Both the position numbers and the translations under genes were made by a program. The notes under the pieces were generated by a model that did not search any database, had not been told where the DNA came from, and saw only the letters and a program-made list of their open reading frames with translations. From contig CBDCTA010000002.1 in NCBI GenBank assembly GCA_965221955.1, positions 1 to 64,000 on the forward strand: DNA of 64,000 bases. The letters are read 5' to 3'. The DNA is from Gammaproteobacteria bacterium (GTDB lineage: Bacteria; Pseudomonadota; Gammaproteobacteria; UBA4575). Positions 9,656 to 20,709 of this stretch are shown piece by piece; position 1 is the first letter of the stretch, and each line of letters opens with the position of its first letter.

Positions 9656-10174
9656 TTAAACGGAAGCTAATTGCCTGGATTTGTGCGCATGTTTAGAATG
9701 ACCGCGGTCATCATACGTTTTAGTTTGTTGCGATCCGGTTAAGGAATAGAGTGTATCTAAGGCGCTATTCGTAGATTTTAAGCGATTGGCTAAAAGTATA
9801 CTGTTTTCATCTGATAATTCACGACAGAGTTGGATTAAATTCTGCGATGCATTCCATTCTATTATCTTTTTTTCGACACAGATCACGTTCATCATTTTGA
9901 GTGCTTGTTCAAGGTTGCTATTTATAGTGTCAGATGTAGCATTAAAATAGTTTGCTATGAATTGAGATAATTCTTGCATATAGTCTGACTTAGATTGTGC
10001 AGCATGACCAATCTCGTCAGCACTTCCTTGCATTAATGTTTTTTGCTCGTGTTGTAGGATTTCTACGAGCGATTCTAGTTTTCGATTAAAATGTTCTAGA
10101 AAGTCTTTAATCGAAGAGGCCGCATAAGGGTCTACGTGCAGACCTGTATTGATACTGTGATCAGAGGATTGCAT
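9656..10174 (-). CDS. flgN: Flagellar export chaperone FlgN
   Basis: Follows flgM; helical, 'ENSILLAN...TYDDRG'. Confidence 0.8.
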   Translation of the reverse strand: MQSSDHSINTGLHVDPYAASSIKDFLEHFNRKLESLVEILQHEQKTLMQGSADEIGHAAQSKSDYMQELSQFIANYFNATSDTINSNLEQALKMMNVICVEKKIIEWNASQNLIQLCRELSDENSILLANRLKSTNSALDTLYSLTGSQQTKTYDDRGHSKHAHKSRQLASV

Positions 10175-10177
10175 GAA

Positions 10178-10480
10178 CTATTTCAATAATTGTTCATACT
10201 CAATTAGCTTAGCAGCAATATTCTCCGAATTAATTTTGTAAGTTCCATCTTGTAATGCTTGCTTAACAGAATCGACTTTTTGTCGATCTATAATAGGCTG
10301 TGAGGCCAAGCTCTCTCTAATCTTGTCCAGGGTTTGAGCCGAGGAAATATCAACGTTACCCACACTCGCAACTTTAGCAGATTCACTTCCACTAACATTG
10401 TTGTTACCAGCACCTTTGGAAGCATTTTGTAGATTGCTACCGTTTATCGGGCTAGATATATTGTTGATTTTATCTGTCAT
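10178..10480 (-). CDS. flgM: Anti-sigma28 factor FlgM
   Basis: 'IDRQKVDSVKQALQDGTYKINSENIAAKL'; start moved to ATG 10480, below the promoter. Confidence 0.92.
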   Translation of the reverse strand: MTDKINNISSPINGSNLQNASKGAGNNNVSGSESAKVASVGNVDISSAQTLDKIRESLASQPIIDRQKVDSVKQALQDGTYKINSENIAAKLIEYEQLLK

Positions 10481-10509
10481 ATTCGCTTTTCTCGTTTTCA
10501 CTAAGCTGC

Positions 10510-10536
10510 TTATCGGCAGTTTTCATATTAACTTTA
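10510..10536 (-). promoter_or_regulatory. sigma28 promoter of flgMN
   Basis: Minus strand TAAA-N15-GCCGATAA. Confidence 0.85.
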
Positions 10537-10567
10537 GTAGTTTATCGATATATACCAGTGAATTCTG

Positions 10568-11263
10568 TCAAATACTTACCAAAACTAGGTGTTTCCCCGA
10601 GACGTAGGCCTCAATTTCACGTTTCGAACGGCTATTTTTCACTTTGATTCGCTCTCCTTTGCTGCCATCGCTTAAGGCAATGCCTGTTGCTCGCACTTCT
10701 ATGCCATTGAATCGAGAGATGATGGTGATTCGGTCTCCACGTTTCACTATTTTTTGAGAATCCAATATGGTGTTTGTAAGTATCTGATTTGCAGGGATAT
10801 TTCGCTTTATTTGCATGCCCTCAATTGGTTTGTCAGCGAGCAAGTAGCCGCCTGGGAGACGCGTGATATCGCGTTTTTCCTTAGTAACTGACTCTAAATC
10901 AAGCACTTGGTTGCGATTTAAACGAATTTTAGATACCCAAACATACTTATATATATGTATCTCAGCACCAACAAAAATTTTCCAAGGTTTGTCTCCATTG
11001 CAACGGATACCTACCGTAGTATTTCCAAGCCGCTTATTGCCAAGTGGCCAGAACGTTTGTAAGGATGTGGAGCACTGATGTAAGCGTAACCGTTTATCAA
11101 ATTCATGCACAGAGATTTCTGCATCAGGAATATCTGTTATTTCACTTTCAAGAAATGCGATGACTGCTTTTTGTAGACTTTCATGGCTTTGTATTTTCGC
11201 ATAGGCAGTATTCACGCTAAATAACGTGAGGAGAACATATAAAAGTAAGAATCTTTTTTGCAT
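10568..11263 (-). CDS. flgA: P-ring assembly chaperone FlgA
   Basis: Signal peptide, 'IRCNGDKPWKIFV', 'VKRGDRITI...ALSDGSKGERIKVKN'. Confidence 0.92.
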   Translation of the reverse strand: MQKRFLLLYVLLTLFSVNTAYAKIQSHESLQKAVIAFLESEITDIPDAEISVHEFDKRLRLHQCSTSLQTFWPLGNKRLGNTTVGIRCNGDKPWKIFVGAEIHIYKYVWVSKIRLNRNQVLDLESVTKEKRDITRLPGGYLLADKPIEGMQIKRNIPANQILTNTILDSQKIVKRGDRITIISRFNGIEVRATGIALSDGSKGERIKVKNSRSKREIEAYVSGKHLVLVSI

Positions 11264-11356
11264 AGTTAATTATCGTTTACGAGTTAATAAGAAGTAAATT
11301 CCATCGATCTAAATTTATATTCATTTTATAAATTAGAAATGTTCTTACTTCTCTGT

Positions 11357-11372
11357 AGCAAGAAATATACCT
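11357..11372 (-). promoter_or_regulatory. sigma54 promoter of flgA
   Basis: Minus strand AGGTATATTTCTTGCT (GG-N10-GC). Confidence 0.55.
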
Positions 11373-11420
11373 AATTATTTTTTACAGTATTAAGCCTAAA
11401 AACTACGTTTGCTCAGATAT

Positions 11421-11448
11421 TTTTGCCGTGTCGCGGCAAAACTTGCCG
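11421..11448. promoter_or_regulatory. Inverted repeat, probable enhancer-binding-protein (FleR-type) site
   Basis: TTTTGCCG-N5-CGGCAAAA followed by CTTGCCG, 65-90 bp upstream of the flgB sigma54 promoter. Confidence 0.55.
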
Positions 11449-11511
11449 GACATTCTATTCTTTTGCTCGAAGTAGCGAGCTCATCTCTAACAAATCATAC
11501 GTTTTAAATTT

Positions 11512-11527
11512 TGGCACGGCACTTGCT
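11512..11527 (+). promoter_or_regulatory. sigma54 promoter of the flgB operon
   Basis: TGGCACGGCACTTGCT. Confidence 0.85.
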
Positions 11528-11563
11528 TTATAGCTAACTGTTATCAATAAAAAGAAATTAACT

Positions 11564-11968
11564 GTGAATGTACTAGATAATTATTTTGGGATTAACGCAC
11601 AATCTGTCTTAGTGAGATCAAAACGTGCGGAAGTATTAGCTTCTAATATTATTAATGCCGATACCCCAAACTATAAAGCCAAAGATTTGGATTTTTCTGC
11701 CATTTTAAATGCAAATAATCCAGTTAATTCATTTAAACCAGTTTCTGTTAATACAAACCATGAAAAACACATTTTAAACGGTTCGTCTGATTCTTTTTTA
11801 TTACATACTAAATTTCGCATTCCAGAAAATGCATCATTAGATGGTAACACTGTAGATAGTCATGTTGAGAAAAGTAAATTTGCAGAAAATGCTGTGCGAT
11901 ATCAGATTAGCTTGTCTATGTTGAATAATAAAATCCAAGGCTTAATTAGTACATTAAAAGGTGAATAA
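11564..11968 (+). CDS. flgB: Basal-body rod protein FlgB
   Basis: 'RAEVLASNIINADTPNYKAKD', 'DGNTVD'. Confidence 0.95.
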   Translation: MNVLDNYFGINAQSVLVRSKRAEVLASNIINADTPNYKAKDLDFSAILNANNPVNSFKPVSVNTNHEKHILNGSSDSFLLHTKFRIPENASLDGNTVDSHVEKSKFAENAVRYQISLSMLNNKIQGLISTLKGE

Positions 11969-11970
11969 TC

Positions 11971-12396
11971 ATGTCATTGTTTAACATATTCGATATTGCA
12001 GGAAGTGGTCTAAGTGCACAGAACACGCGTTTAAATACAGTTGCTAGTAATTTGGCTAATGCAGAATCTATTGCAAGCAATCCTGAGGGTGCATATAGAT
12101 CTAGACAACCGGTATTTGCTACCGCTTTACAAGATCAATTGAGTAGCGCCTATCCTTCAGCTAGTGCAGGTATTCGTACAGTGGGCATTGTTGAAAGCCA
12201 AGCAGAAAATGTTGCGCAATACCAACCCGGTAATCCAATGGCAGACGAAGACGGATATATATATTTGTCCAATGTAAATGTAATCGAAGAGATGACGAAC
12301 ATGATGTCTGCTTCAAGTAGTTATCAGTCAAACATAGAAGTACTGAATACATCAAAGGAATTATTATTACAAACACTACGTTTGGGTAGGTTATAA
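11971..12396 (+). CDS. flgC: Basal-body rod protein FlgC
   Basis: 'RLNTVASNLANA', 'NVNVIEEMTNM'. Confidence 0.95.
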   Translation: MSLFNIFDIAGSGLSAQNTRLNTVASNLANAESIASNPEGAYRSRQPVFATALQDQLSSAYPSASAGIRTVGIVESQAENVAQYQPGNPMADEDGYIYLSNVNVIEEMTNMMSASSSYQSNIEVLNTSKELLLQTLRLGRL

Positions 12397-12411
12397 AAAA
12401 GGTAAATAAAT

Positions 12412-13077
12412 ATGCAAGCAATTTCATCAGATATATTAAGCTTAATTAATCCACCTCAACAGCAAGATGGTAACTCTAATGATTTAGGCCAAGATGATTT
12501 TATTAATTTAATGATCACTCAATTGCGTAATCAAGATCCTTTTGAACCACTTCAAAGTGGAGAGTTCATTGGACAGCTTGCACAATTTGGAACTGTGTCT
12601 GGGATTAGTGAATTACAAAATTCTTTCAGCGATTTGGCTTCATCGTTAATCTCGAATCAAACTTTGCAAGCTACAAATTTAATTGGAAAGAGTGCACTCG
12701 TACCTTCTGATAGCTTGACTTTAAAACAAGGAGAGATAAGTAAGGGAGCAATTTCAACCAGTGCACCTGCAAATAATGTAACTGTCAGCGTTTTTGATGC
12801 TGCGGGGAATTTAGTACAAACCATACCATTGGGTGTTGTGAATGAAGGTTTAAAAGAATTTGAGTGGGATGGTACGGATGCAAATGGAAATCAAGCTCCA
12901 GAAGGTTCTTATTTCTTATCTGTTGTCGGCGCACAAGGTGAAGATAGTATTGCATTAGAAACATTTTCTTATAAACAAATTGAAAGCATTTCCTTAGGAG
13001 AAAGCTCAAATTCAATTCGTTTAAATGTGGAAAATGGTAATGAATTGAAAATATCTGAAATCTTAAAAATTGAATGA
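12412..13077 (+). CDS. flgD: Hook cap protein FlgD
   Basis: 'LGQDDFINLMITQLRNQDPFEP', 'WDGTDANG'. Confidence 0.95.
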   Translation: MQAISSDILSLINPPQQQDGNSNDLGQDDFINLMITQLRNQDPFEPLQSGEFIGQLAQFGTVSGISELQNSFSDLASSLISNQTLQATNLIGKSALVPSDSLTLKQGEISKGAISTSAPANNVTVSVFDAAGNLVQTIPLGVVNEGLKEFEWDGTDANGNQAPEGSYFLSVVGAQGEDSIALETFSYKQIESISLGESSNSIRLNVENGNELKISEILKIE

Positions 13078-13121
13078 ATATTACATTGTTAAAAAATTAT
13101 TGTTAAATAGGGAGAATTATT

Positions 13122-14354
13122 ATGCCATTTGATATAGCACTTACAGGACTGAATGCAGCGCAAAACGATTTACAAGTAATCTCAAATAATATTGCAAACA
13201 GTGAAACCAATGGTTTTAAAAGATCAAGAGCTGAGTTTGCAGATTTATATGCAACATCTCAATTTGGAACATCAAGTAATGCTATTGGCCAAGGTGTTGA
13301 AGTGGCAGCAATTACGCAACAGTTTACTGACGGTGACGTTACTTTTACTGACAATTCATTAGATCTGGCAATCACTGGACAAGGATTCTTTGTTTTAAGT
13401 GACGGTGGAGCACAAACGTTTACACGTGCAGGTGCATTTCAAGTAGACAATCTGGGCAATATTGTCAATTCATCAGGTAGTCAATTAGTTGGCTTTCAAG
13501 CAGATGCAACTGGCAATTTGACGGGTGCGCAAGGTCCGCTTGTTATAAGTCGTGCAAATTTAGCCCCAAATGTAACGAGTTCGATTAATCTTGATGCAAA
13601 TATTGATGCATCAGAACCGGTTTTACCTGCATTTTTAATTGGCCCAGGAGGAATACCTGATCCAGGTACCTATAACCATGCAACTTCTTATACTGTGTTT
13701 GATTCCTTGGGAGGTGAGCACGTTACTACAAACTATTTTAGAAAAGATAATGCAACAGATTGGCAAGTATTTCAGTTTGTGGATAACGTGCAAATCTCAG
13801 GTCCAGATGTACTAACCTTTGATGCATTTGGAGCATTAAGTGCAATTAATGCAGTACCTGGTGCTACAACAACAACATCTGCTGCATTTACACCTGGTGG
13901 TATTGGTGCACCTACGACATTCACAGTTGATTATGCAGACATCACACAATTTGGTGGGGGCTTTGGTATTAGTGCGATTGATCAAAACGGTTATGCAACA
14001 GGTCGTTTAAGCTCTTTAGATTTTGATCCTTCTGGAACTTTATTTGCACGGTATACCAATGGTCAATCGTTAACTTTAGGGCAAGTAGCACTTGCAAATT
14101 TTGCTAATGCACAAGGACTACGACCTGCAGGTAATACAGCATGGTCAGAATCCTTTGCATCGGGTCAACCTCTTATTGGTGCGCCAGGTTCAGCAGATCT
14201 AGGTTTGATTCAATCAGGTTCTTTAGAGGAATCAAATGTTGATGTTACGGGTGAATTAATAAACTTAATTCAAACACAACGGAACTTTCAAGCGAATGCA
14301 CAAGTAATTGGTACAGCAGATACCATTACTCAGACCATTATCAATATTCGTTAA
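13122..14354 (+). CDS. flgE: Hook protein FlgE
   Basis: 'ISNNIANSETNGFKRSR', 'QRNFQANAQVI'. Confidence 0.95.
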   Translation: MPFDIALTGLNAAQNDLQVISNNIANSETNGFKRSRAEFADLYATSQFGTSSNAIGQGVEVAAITQQFTDGDVTFTDNSLDLAITGQGFFVLSDGGAQTFTRAGAFQVDNLGNIVNSSGSQLVGFQADATGNLTGAQGPLVISRANLAPNVTSSINLDANIDASEPVLPAFLIGPGGIPDPGTYNHATSYTVFDSLGGEHVTTNYFRKDNATDWQVFQFVDNVQISGPDVLTFDAFGALSAINAVPGATTTTSAAFTPGGIGAPTTFTVDYADITQFGGGFGISAIDQNGYATGRLSSLDFDPSGTLFARYTNGQSLTLGQVALANFANAQGLRPAGNTAWSESFASGQPLIGAPGSADLGLIQSGSLEESNVDVTGELINLIQTQRNFQANAQVIGTADTITQTIINIR

Positions 14355-14375
14355 TAGTTTAAGGTAGTTAAAATC

Positions 14376-15116
14376 ATGGATCGTGCATTGTATGTAGCAA
14401 TGAATGGTGCAAAGCAAGTGCAACTGCACCAAGCTACAAACACAAATAATCTTGCTAATGCAAGTACCACGGGTTTTCGCGCTGACTTTGATGCGATTAA
14501 TAGTCTACCGGTGAAAGGTCCGGGTTATAACAGTCGAATTTATAGTCAAGATGAGCGTAGTGGAATAGATTTTTCGAGTGGTACATTGCAGCAAACGGGA
14601 AGGGAGCTTGATATCGCAGTAAATGGCAATGGTTTTATTGAAATTCAAGCGCCTGACGGTAACACAGCATACACGCGTGCGGGAGATTTACATACAACAG
14701 CAGCTGGTTTACTAGAAACAGGAGCGGGTCACCCTGTTTTAGGAAATGATGGACCGATAGCATTACCGCCATTTGAGAAGCTTGAAATTGCTGCTGACGG
14801 AACCATTTCGATTCTACCAGTTGGACAAGAAGCAACTACACTTGCAACAATCGATCGTATTAAGTTAGTCAATGCTAAACCAGAAGACCTATTCAAAGGT
14901 GAAGATGGTTTGTTAAGGGCGGTTCCCGATGCATCTATTGAGGCGGATGCATCGGTTACTGTTACATCGGGAGTATTGGAGTCTAGTAATGTTAATACGG
15001 TTGGAGAGTTGCTTGACATGATTGAGTTGACTCGAAACTTTGAAATGCATATTAAGGTGATGCAATCCATCGAAGAAAATGATTCTGCAACTTCACAATT
15101 ATTAAGAATTAACTAG
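14376..15116 (+). CDS. flgF: Basal-body rod protein FlgF
   Basis: 'MDRALYVAMNGA...NNLANASTTGFRAD'. Confidence 0.95.
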   Translation: MDRALYVAMNGAKQVQLHQATNTNNLANASTTGFRADFDAINSLPVKGPGYNSRIYSQDERSGIDFSSGTLQQTGRELDIAVNGNGFIEIQAPDGNTAYTRAGDLHTTAAGLLETGAGHPVLGNDGPIALPPFEKLEIAADGTISILPVGQEATTLATIDRIKLVNAKPEDLFKGEDGLLRAVPDASIEADASVTVTSGVLESSNVNTVGELLDMIELTRNFEMHIKVMQSIEENDSATSQLLRIN

Positions 15117-15139
15117 GAATATAATTATAGGTAAATAGT

Positions 15140-15925
15140 ATGTCTACAGCACTTTGGAACTCAAAAACAGGATTAGATACACAACAAACTCGAATTGCCG
15201 TAATTGCAAATAACTTGGCAAACGCTAACACCACAGGATTTAAACGTGATCGTGCTGTTTTTGAAGATCTAATTTATCAAACCGTGCGCCAACCAGGAGC
15301 ACAGTCTTCGCAAGACACACAATTTCCTACTGGCTTACAAGTAGGAACTGGTGTTCGATTGGTAGCTACAGAAAAATTATTCTCACAGGGCAACTTGACT
15401 AGAACTGAAAGTCCGTTGGATCTTGCAATTCAAGGAAATGGTTTTTTTCAAATTCTGCAGCCAGATGGAACAATTGGTTACACGCGTGATGGAACATTCA
15501 CGTTGGATTCAACAGGGCAAATCGTGAATTCCAGTGGTTATGTGTTGCAACCTTCTATCACTATTCCACCAAATGTACTCAATATAACAATTGGCGCAGA
15601 TGGGACTGTATCCGCACAAACAAGTGGTTCAGCAGCACCAACACAAGTTGGAAATATTCAACTAGTTACTTTTGTAAATCCAACTGGTTTGCAAGCACGT
15701 GGAGGGAATTTGTTGTTTGAAACTGCAGCTTCAGGAACACCACAAGTAGGTACACCTGGGGAAAATGGTTTGGGAAGGCTCGAGCAAGGCTCTTTAGAAA
15801 CTTCAAATGTAAATATAGTTGAAGATCTAATTAATATGATCGAGACACAACGTGTATATGAAGTAAATTCTCGTGCTATAGAAACGATTAGTAGCATGCT
15901 TGAATTCGCAAATAACACACTATAA
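15140..15925 (+). CDS. flgG: Distal rod protein FlgG
   Basis: '[26 protein letters not shown]'. Confidence 0.95.
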   Translation: MSTALWNSKTGLDTQQTRIAVIANNLANANTTGFKRDRAVFEDLIYQTVRQPGAQSSQDTQFPTGLQVGTGVRLVATEKLFSQGNLTRTESPLDLAIQGNGFFQILQPDGTIGYTRDGTFTLDSTGQIVNSSGYVLQPSITIPPNVLNITIGADGTVSAQTSGSAAPTQVGNIQLVTFVNPTGLQARGGNLLFETAASGTPQVGTPGENGLGRLEQGSLETSNVNIVEDLINMIETQRVYEVNSRAIETISSMLEFANNTL

Positions 15926-15938
15926 AAATAAAAGTCAT

Positions 15939-16601
15939 ATGAAAAAAAATATAATTCTTTTATTCATTAGCTTATTTGCAACAGCGTGTTCAAGTATGGG
16001 TAGTTTAAAAGATCCTGACTATGCGCCAAGTGAAGCGGTAATTCCTGAAGCAAAATCAACAATAGATGGTGCGATTTATGATCCTTCATCCAATTTATTT
16101 TTGTTTGAAGATGTCAAAGCAAGAAGAGTTGGTGATTTGATAACGATCGTATTAGAGGAAAGTATCAATGCTTCTAAATCAGCTAGTACTGAAGCGGATA
16201 AAGATTCATCGATTGACTTGCCAAATCCTACAATATTTGGCGCAGATAATCGTTTGAATGAGCTTGTAAATGATATTGATACAACACGAGAGTTTGAAGG
16301 TGAAGGTGAAACAACACAAGAGAATAGCATCCAGGGCAATATCACTGTAATGGTTCATCAAGTTTATCCAAATGGCTATTTGTTAGTTAAGGGAGAAAAG
16401 TTGATAGAGCTTAATGAAGGGAGTGAGATTGTAAGAATTTCAGGCATTGTTCGACCTACAGATGTAACTACAGATAATACGGTTTTGTCTAACCAAGTGG
16501 CTAATGCACAAATTACTTATAAAGGAAAAGGGATTGTAAGCGATAGTAGTAAGGCAGGGTGGTTAACAAAATTCTTTTATACAGCGGTTTGGCCATTTTA
16601 A
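15939..16601 (+). CDS. flgH: L-ring lipoprotein FlgH
   Basis: Lipobox 'LFATAC', '[10 protein letters not shown]', C-terminal 'WPF'. Confidence 0.95.
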   Translation: MKKNIILLFISLFATACSSMGSLKDPDYAPSEAVIPEAKSTIDGAIYDPSSNLFLFEDVKARRVGDLITIVLEESINASKSASTEADKDSSIDLPNPTIFGADNRLNELVNDIDTTREFEGEGETTQENSIQGNITVMVHQVYPNGYLLVKGEKLIELNEGSEIVRISGIVRPTDVTTDNTVLSNQVANAQITYKGKGIVSDSSKAGWLTKFFYTAVWPF

Positions 16602-16605
16602 GAAT

Positions 16606-17718
16606 ATGAATATTAAAAATTTAATAATTTATTTTTCAATACTAATTGTTCTTTTTGTATCTGGAGTAGTTAATGCGGAAAGAATAAAAGATATTTCTTC
16701 ATTTGCAGGAGTCCGAAGCAACCAACTTCTAGGATATGGGCTTGTCGTTGGGCTTGATGGAACGGGAGATCAAACCTCTCAGACACCATTTACAATTCAA
16801 AGTTTAAAAAGTTTTTTAAAGCAATATGGTGTGACAATTCCACCAGATATTAATCCACAATTAAAAAATGTTGCAGCTGTTACTGTACATGCAGAATTAT
16901 CACCATTTGCAAAACCAGGACAAAATATAGATATCACAGTTTCTTCTTTAGGCAATGCAAAGAGTTTACGTGGTGGAAGTTTATTGCTTACTCCATTAAG
17001 AGGAATAGATGGCCAAGTGTATGCCATTGCTCAAGGGAATCTTGTTGTTGGAGGGTTAGGGGTTCAAGGGAGTGATGGTTCAAGCATTAGTATAAATATA
17101 CCAAGCGCTGGAAGAATACCAAATGGGGCCACAGTTGAACGCGCTGTTCCTTCTCCATTCGCATCCAGTGATGAACTTTTTATAAATTTGCATACTGCTG
17201 ATTTTACAACTGCAAGACGAGTGCAAAATCGTATAAATAAACATTTTAAACAGAGTATAGCTCAAGCAATTGATGCGGTAACTGTAAAAATAAATGCACC
17301 TTTAGATCAAATTTCAAAAGTCGCCTTTGTAGCAGATATTGAAAATATTGAATTAATACCTGGTAATGCACCTGCAAAGGTCATTATAAATTCTAGAACG
17401 GGTACGGTTGTGATTGGTTCAAATGTCAGCGTAACACCAGCAGCTGTAACACATGGTAGCTTGGCTGTAACTATTACGTCAGATCCAATTGTAAGCCAAC
17501 CAAATGAACTTTCATTGGGTGAAACAGTAGTAGTGGATAGAAAAAATATTGAGGTTGAACAACAATCAAACCGAATGTTTGTGTTTGATCCGGGTGTAAC
17601 ACTGAATGAAATTGTAAATGCGGTTAACCAAGTGGGGGCCGCACCAGGAGACTTGGTAGCAATTTTAGAAGCACTTAAACAGGCCGGTGCTTTACGTGCT
17701 GAGTTAGTAATAATTTAA
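16606..17718 (+). CDS. flgI: P-ring protein FlgI
   Basis: 'RIKDI...[21 protein letters not shown]'. Confidence 0.95.
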   Translation: MNIKNLIIYFSILIVLFVSGVVNAERIKDISSFAGVRSNQLLGYGLVVGLDGTGDQTSQTPFTIQSLKSFLKQYGVTIPPDINPQLKNVAAVTVHAELSPFAKPGQNIDITVSSLGNAKSLRGGSLLLTPLRGIDGQVYAIAQGNLVVGGLGVQGSDGSSISINIPSAGRIPNGATVERAVPSPFASSDELFINLHTADFTTARRVQNRINKHFKQSIAQAIDAVTVKINAPLDQISKVAFVADIENIELIPGNAPAKVIINSRTGTVVIGSNVSVTPAAVTHGSLAVTITSDPIVSQPNELSLGETVVVDRKNIEVEQQSNRMFVFDPGVTLNEIVNAVNQVGAAPGDLVAILEALKQAGALRAELVII

Positions 17719-17735
17719 TAAAGAGAATAGGTGCA

Positions 17736-18785
17736 ATGGAATCGCACGTTAATATAACCAAAGCATTTAGTGGCTTATTACAGCCAAATCAATCAATTAG
17801 TCAAAATAGTATCGGGAAGCCTTCAGCACTTAATGATGCTGTGCAGAAATTTGAAGCATTTTTCATTCAATCTATGTTGAAAAGTATGCGTGCGGCATCT
17901 TTATCAACAGGGTTATTGGATAGTGATAAATCTAATTTTTATCGAGATTGGCACGATCAACAATTAGCTGGAAATTTAGCATCAAAAGAAACCTTTGCAG
18001 TATCTAAACTACTGCGTCGCCATTTTGAAGGAGAGGACGATGTTACTAAGAATTCTGCATTGAATCCTGATGCGTTATTTACGCGTAGTGTGTATTCATC
18101 GACTGAAGCAAATATTAGTACATCTGCCAGTGCATCGATGGTGGCATCTATAGGCAGCTCAACGGCAAGCCAGGCAGAACCTATAAAACTTAAATTAAAA
18201 CAGTTAGTTACAAAACAAATATCAGAATATACACAAGATTTAAATAATACAGCGCTTTCCACACCAGAACGATTTGTACACCAAATTTACCCTTATGCTG
18301 AGCGTGCAGCTTCAAAATTGAAGATTTCGGCCGATGTATTAGTTGCGATAGCGGCTTTAGAAACGGGCTGGGGTGTACACACGCCAAAATCTATTTCTGG
18401 CCAAGATTCCTATAATTTCTTTGGAATTAAAGCCAAAAATTGGTCTGGTCAAGAAGTTCGAAATGTTACTCAAGAATATGATGGAAAAAAAATGATAGTG
18501 GTTAAAGACAGTTTTAGGACTTATCAGTCACCTGAAGATTCATTTAAAGATTTCACTCAGTTTCTGTCCAACAATCCGCGTTATCAAGATGCTATTCGAA
18601 CGAGTGATAACAAAGCATTTGTGGTGGAGTTGCAAAAAGCGGGATATGCAACTGACCCAAACTATGCCAAAAAAATTCATTCAATCATGGATGGGAGTAT
18701 CTTAAAAAATGCTATTAATTCATTGCCTGAAATTGATACTCCAAATAATGTTGTCTCGAACTACAAGTCTGAAAACTTACAATAG
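17736..18785 (+). CDS. flgJ: Rod-cap/muramidase FlgJ
   Basis: 'FEAFFIQSMLKSMR' rod-binding domain; 'ALETGWG...NFFGIKA...GYATDPNYA'. Confidence 0.93.
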   Translation: MESHVNITKAFSGLLQPNQSISQNSIGKPSALNDAVQKFEAFFIQSMLKSMRAASLSTGLLDSDKSNFYRDWHDQQLAGNLASKETFAVSKLLRRHFEGEDDVTKNSALNPDALFTRSVYSSTEANISTSASASMVASIGSSTASQAEPIKLKLKQLVTKQISEYTQDLNNTALSTPERFVHQIYPYAERAASKLKISADVLVAIAALETGWGVHTPKSISGQDSYNFFGIKAKNWSGQEVRNVTQEYDGKKMIVVKDSFRTYQSPEDSFKDFTQFLSNNPRYQDAIRTSDNKAFVVELQKAGYATDPNYAKKIHSIMDGSILKNAINSLPEIDTPNNVVSNYKSENLQ

Positions 18786-18801
18786 TAGATGAGATTGTAA
18801 A

Positions 18802-20703
18802 GTGGTAGATGCATCAAGAGTAGCGATAACAGGTTTGCAAGTTTTTCAACGCGCACTTGCTACAACATCAAATAATGTCGCAAATGTGGGAACTGAGGGT
18901 TATACACGCCAACGTGTTGATATCGTTTCACGACCAACACAAAGATTTGGTGATGGTTTTTTTGGTAGTGGCGCAAGAGTTTCGAGTGTGCAGAGGATTG
19001 AAGATCAATTTCTTAATGCACGTGTGCAATCAAGTTCATCAGATGTCGCACGCTTAGATTCTTATCTTAGTTTAGTGCAGCGTACAGAAAATTTACTTTC
19101 TGGCTCGCAAGGCGGGCTGGATAGCGCATTACAAAACTTTTTTAATAGTTTTCAAGATCTTTCAAATGATCCTGCTTCTATTCCCGCAAGGCAAGTAGTG
19201 TTAAGTAATACAGATACTCTTGTTGCACGGTTTAAAGATTTAGATGCAAGCTATAACGACATTAATCAAGAAATTAATTCTCGTTTGCGTGGAGGTATTA
19301 ACGATATAAATAGTATTACAAGTGGAATTGCAGATTTAAATAGAGCAATAGTAGAAGCTAAGGCGACAACATCTGGACAGGGTGCGCCAAATGATTTGGT
19401 TGATCAGAGAAATGTTTTGCTTGGGAGATTATCCGAAAGAGTGTCTGTAAATACTGTCGAGCTTTCAGATGGGTCAATAAATGTTTTTATAGGTGGAGGA
19501 GAGTCAGTTGTAATTGGAAACTTATCGAGAGATCTTTCTGCAATTAATGATCCTGCAAACCCTGGTGAATTACGTGTGGGAATTGAAGTGGGTGCAAGCA
19601 CATTTGATATCACAGATAAAATTACAGGTGGAAGTGTAAGCGGTATTTTAGATTTCAGGTCAGAACAATTGGGCGAGATCCGAAATCAAACAGGTCGTTT
19701 AGCATTAGTGCTAGCAAATGAATTCAATACACAGCACCAAGCTGGATTGGATATAAATGGTGCGCTAGGGGCTCAATACTTCTCGGTTGCGCTCCCACAA
19801 ACCATTGCCAATCAAAACAATACTGGTGCAGCAACTGTATCTACAGGTATTACTGACTACACTCAACTTACAACATCTGATTATGAGCTAAGCTTTGATG
19901 GTGCGAATTATACACTAACGCGATTAAGTGATGGTGCATCTACAAGTGCTGCGACGGGCCCAATTAATTTTGATGGTTTGCAAGTTAATATTGCTGGTGC
20001 TGCAGCTTTAGGCGATAGTTTTTTAATTCAACCCACTCGCGATGGAGCGTCTGGTATTAATGTACTGCTTACCAACACTAGTCAGATTGCTGCCGCATCA
20101 CCTGTTAGAACTTTAGAAAGTGTTGGTAATTTAGGTAGTGGTGTGGTTACCAGTCCAGAGATATTGGATATTAGCGATCCGAATCTATTCGACACAGTGG
20201 AAATTCGATTTAATACACCTGCAACAACATTTGATGTTGTAAATGTTACAGACAGTTTAACAATTGCAGCAGGTGTTGCTTATAGTAGTAATGCAGACAT
20301 CGATTTTAATGGTATTCGCGTTCAGATTCAGAATCAACCTGAAGCAGGTGATGTATTTACAGTTGAGAGAAATACAGGCGGTGTAGGTGACAACACTAAT
20401 GCCGTTGCACTACTTGGTGTGCAAGCTTCTCAAACTGTTGGCGGCACGACTACCTTGCAAGAAAGTTATGGAGCATTAGTTAGCCATATAGGTACTGTAA
20501 GTCGACAGACAAGTATAAGTAGTCAAACTCAACAAGCTTTATTTGATAGAGCAGTAGAAGCACGTGATGCAGTATCAGGCGTAAATCTTGATGAAGAAGC
20601 AGTTGATTTGGTGAGATATCAGCAAGCTTATCAAGCTGCTGCGCAAGTGATTTCTACATCTAATATTTTGTTTGATACATTTTTAGCTGCTGTTAGAAGA
20701 TAA
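18802..20703 (+). CDS. flgK: Hook-filament junction FlgK
   Basis: 'SNNVANVGTEGYTRQRV', 'VSGVNLDEEA'. Confidence 0.95.
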   Translation: MVDASRVAITGLQVFQRALATTSNNVANVGTEGYTRQRVDIVSRPTQRFGDGFFGSGARVSSVQRIEDQFLNARVQSSSSDVARLDSYLSLVQRTENLLSGSQGGLDSALQNFFNSFQDLSNDPASIPARQVVLSNTDTLVARFKDLDASYNDINQEINSRLRGGINDINSITSGIADLNRAIVEAKATTSGQGAPNDLVDQRNVLLGRLSERVSVNTVELSDGSINVFIGGGESVVIGNLSRDLSAINDPANPGELRVGIEVGASTFDITDKITGGSVSGILDFRSEQLGEIRNQTGRLALVLANEFNTQHQAGLDINGALGAQYFSVALPQTIANQNNTGAATVSTGITDYTQLTTSDYELSFDGANYTLTRLSDGASTSAATGPINFDGLQVNIAGAAALGDSFLIQPTRDGASGINVLLTNTSQIAAASPVRTLESVGNLGSGVVTSPEILDISDPNLFDTVEIRFNTPATTFDVVNVTDSLTIAAGVAYSSNADIDFNGIRVQIQNQPEAGDVFTVERNTGGVGDNTNAVALLGVQASQTVGGTTTLQESYGALVSHIGTVSRQTSISSQTQQALFDRAVEARDAVSGVNLDEEAVDLVRYQQAYQAAAQVISTSNILFDTFLAAVRR

Positions 20704-20709
20704 ATTAAT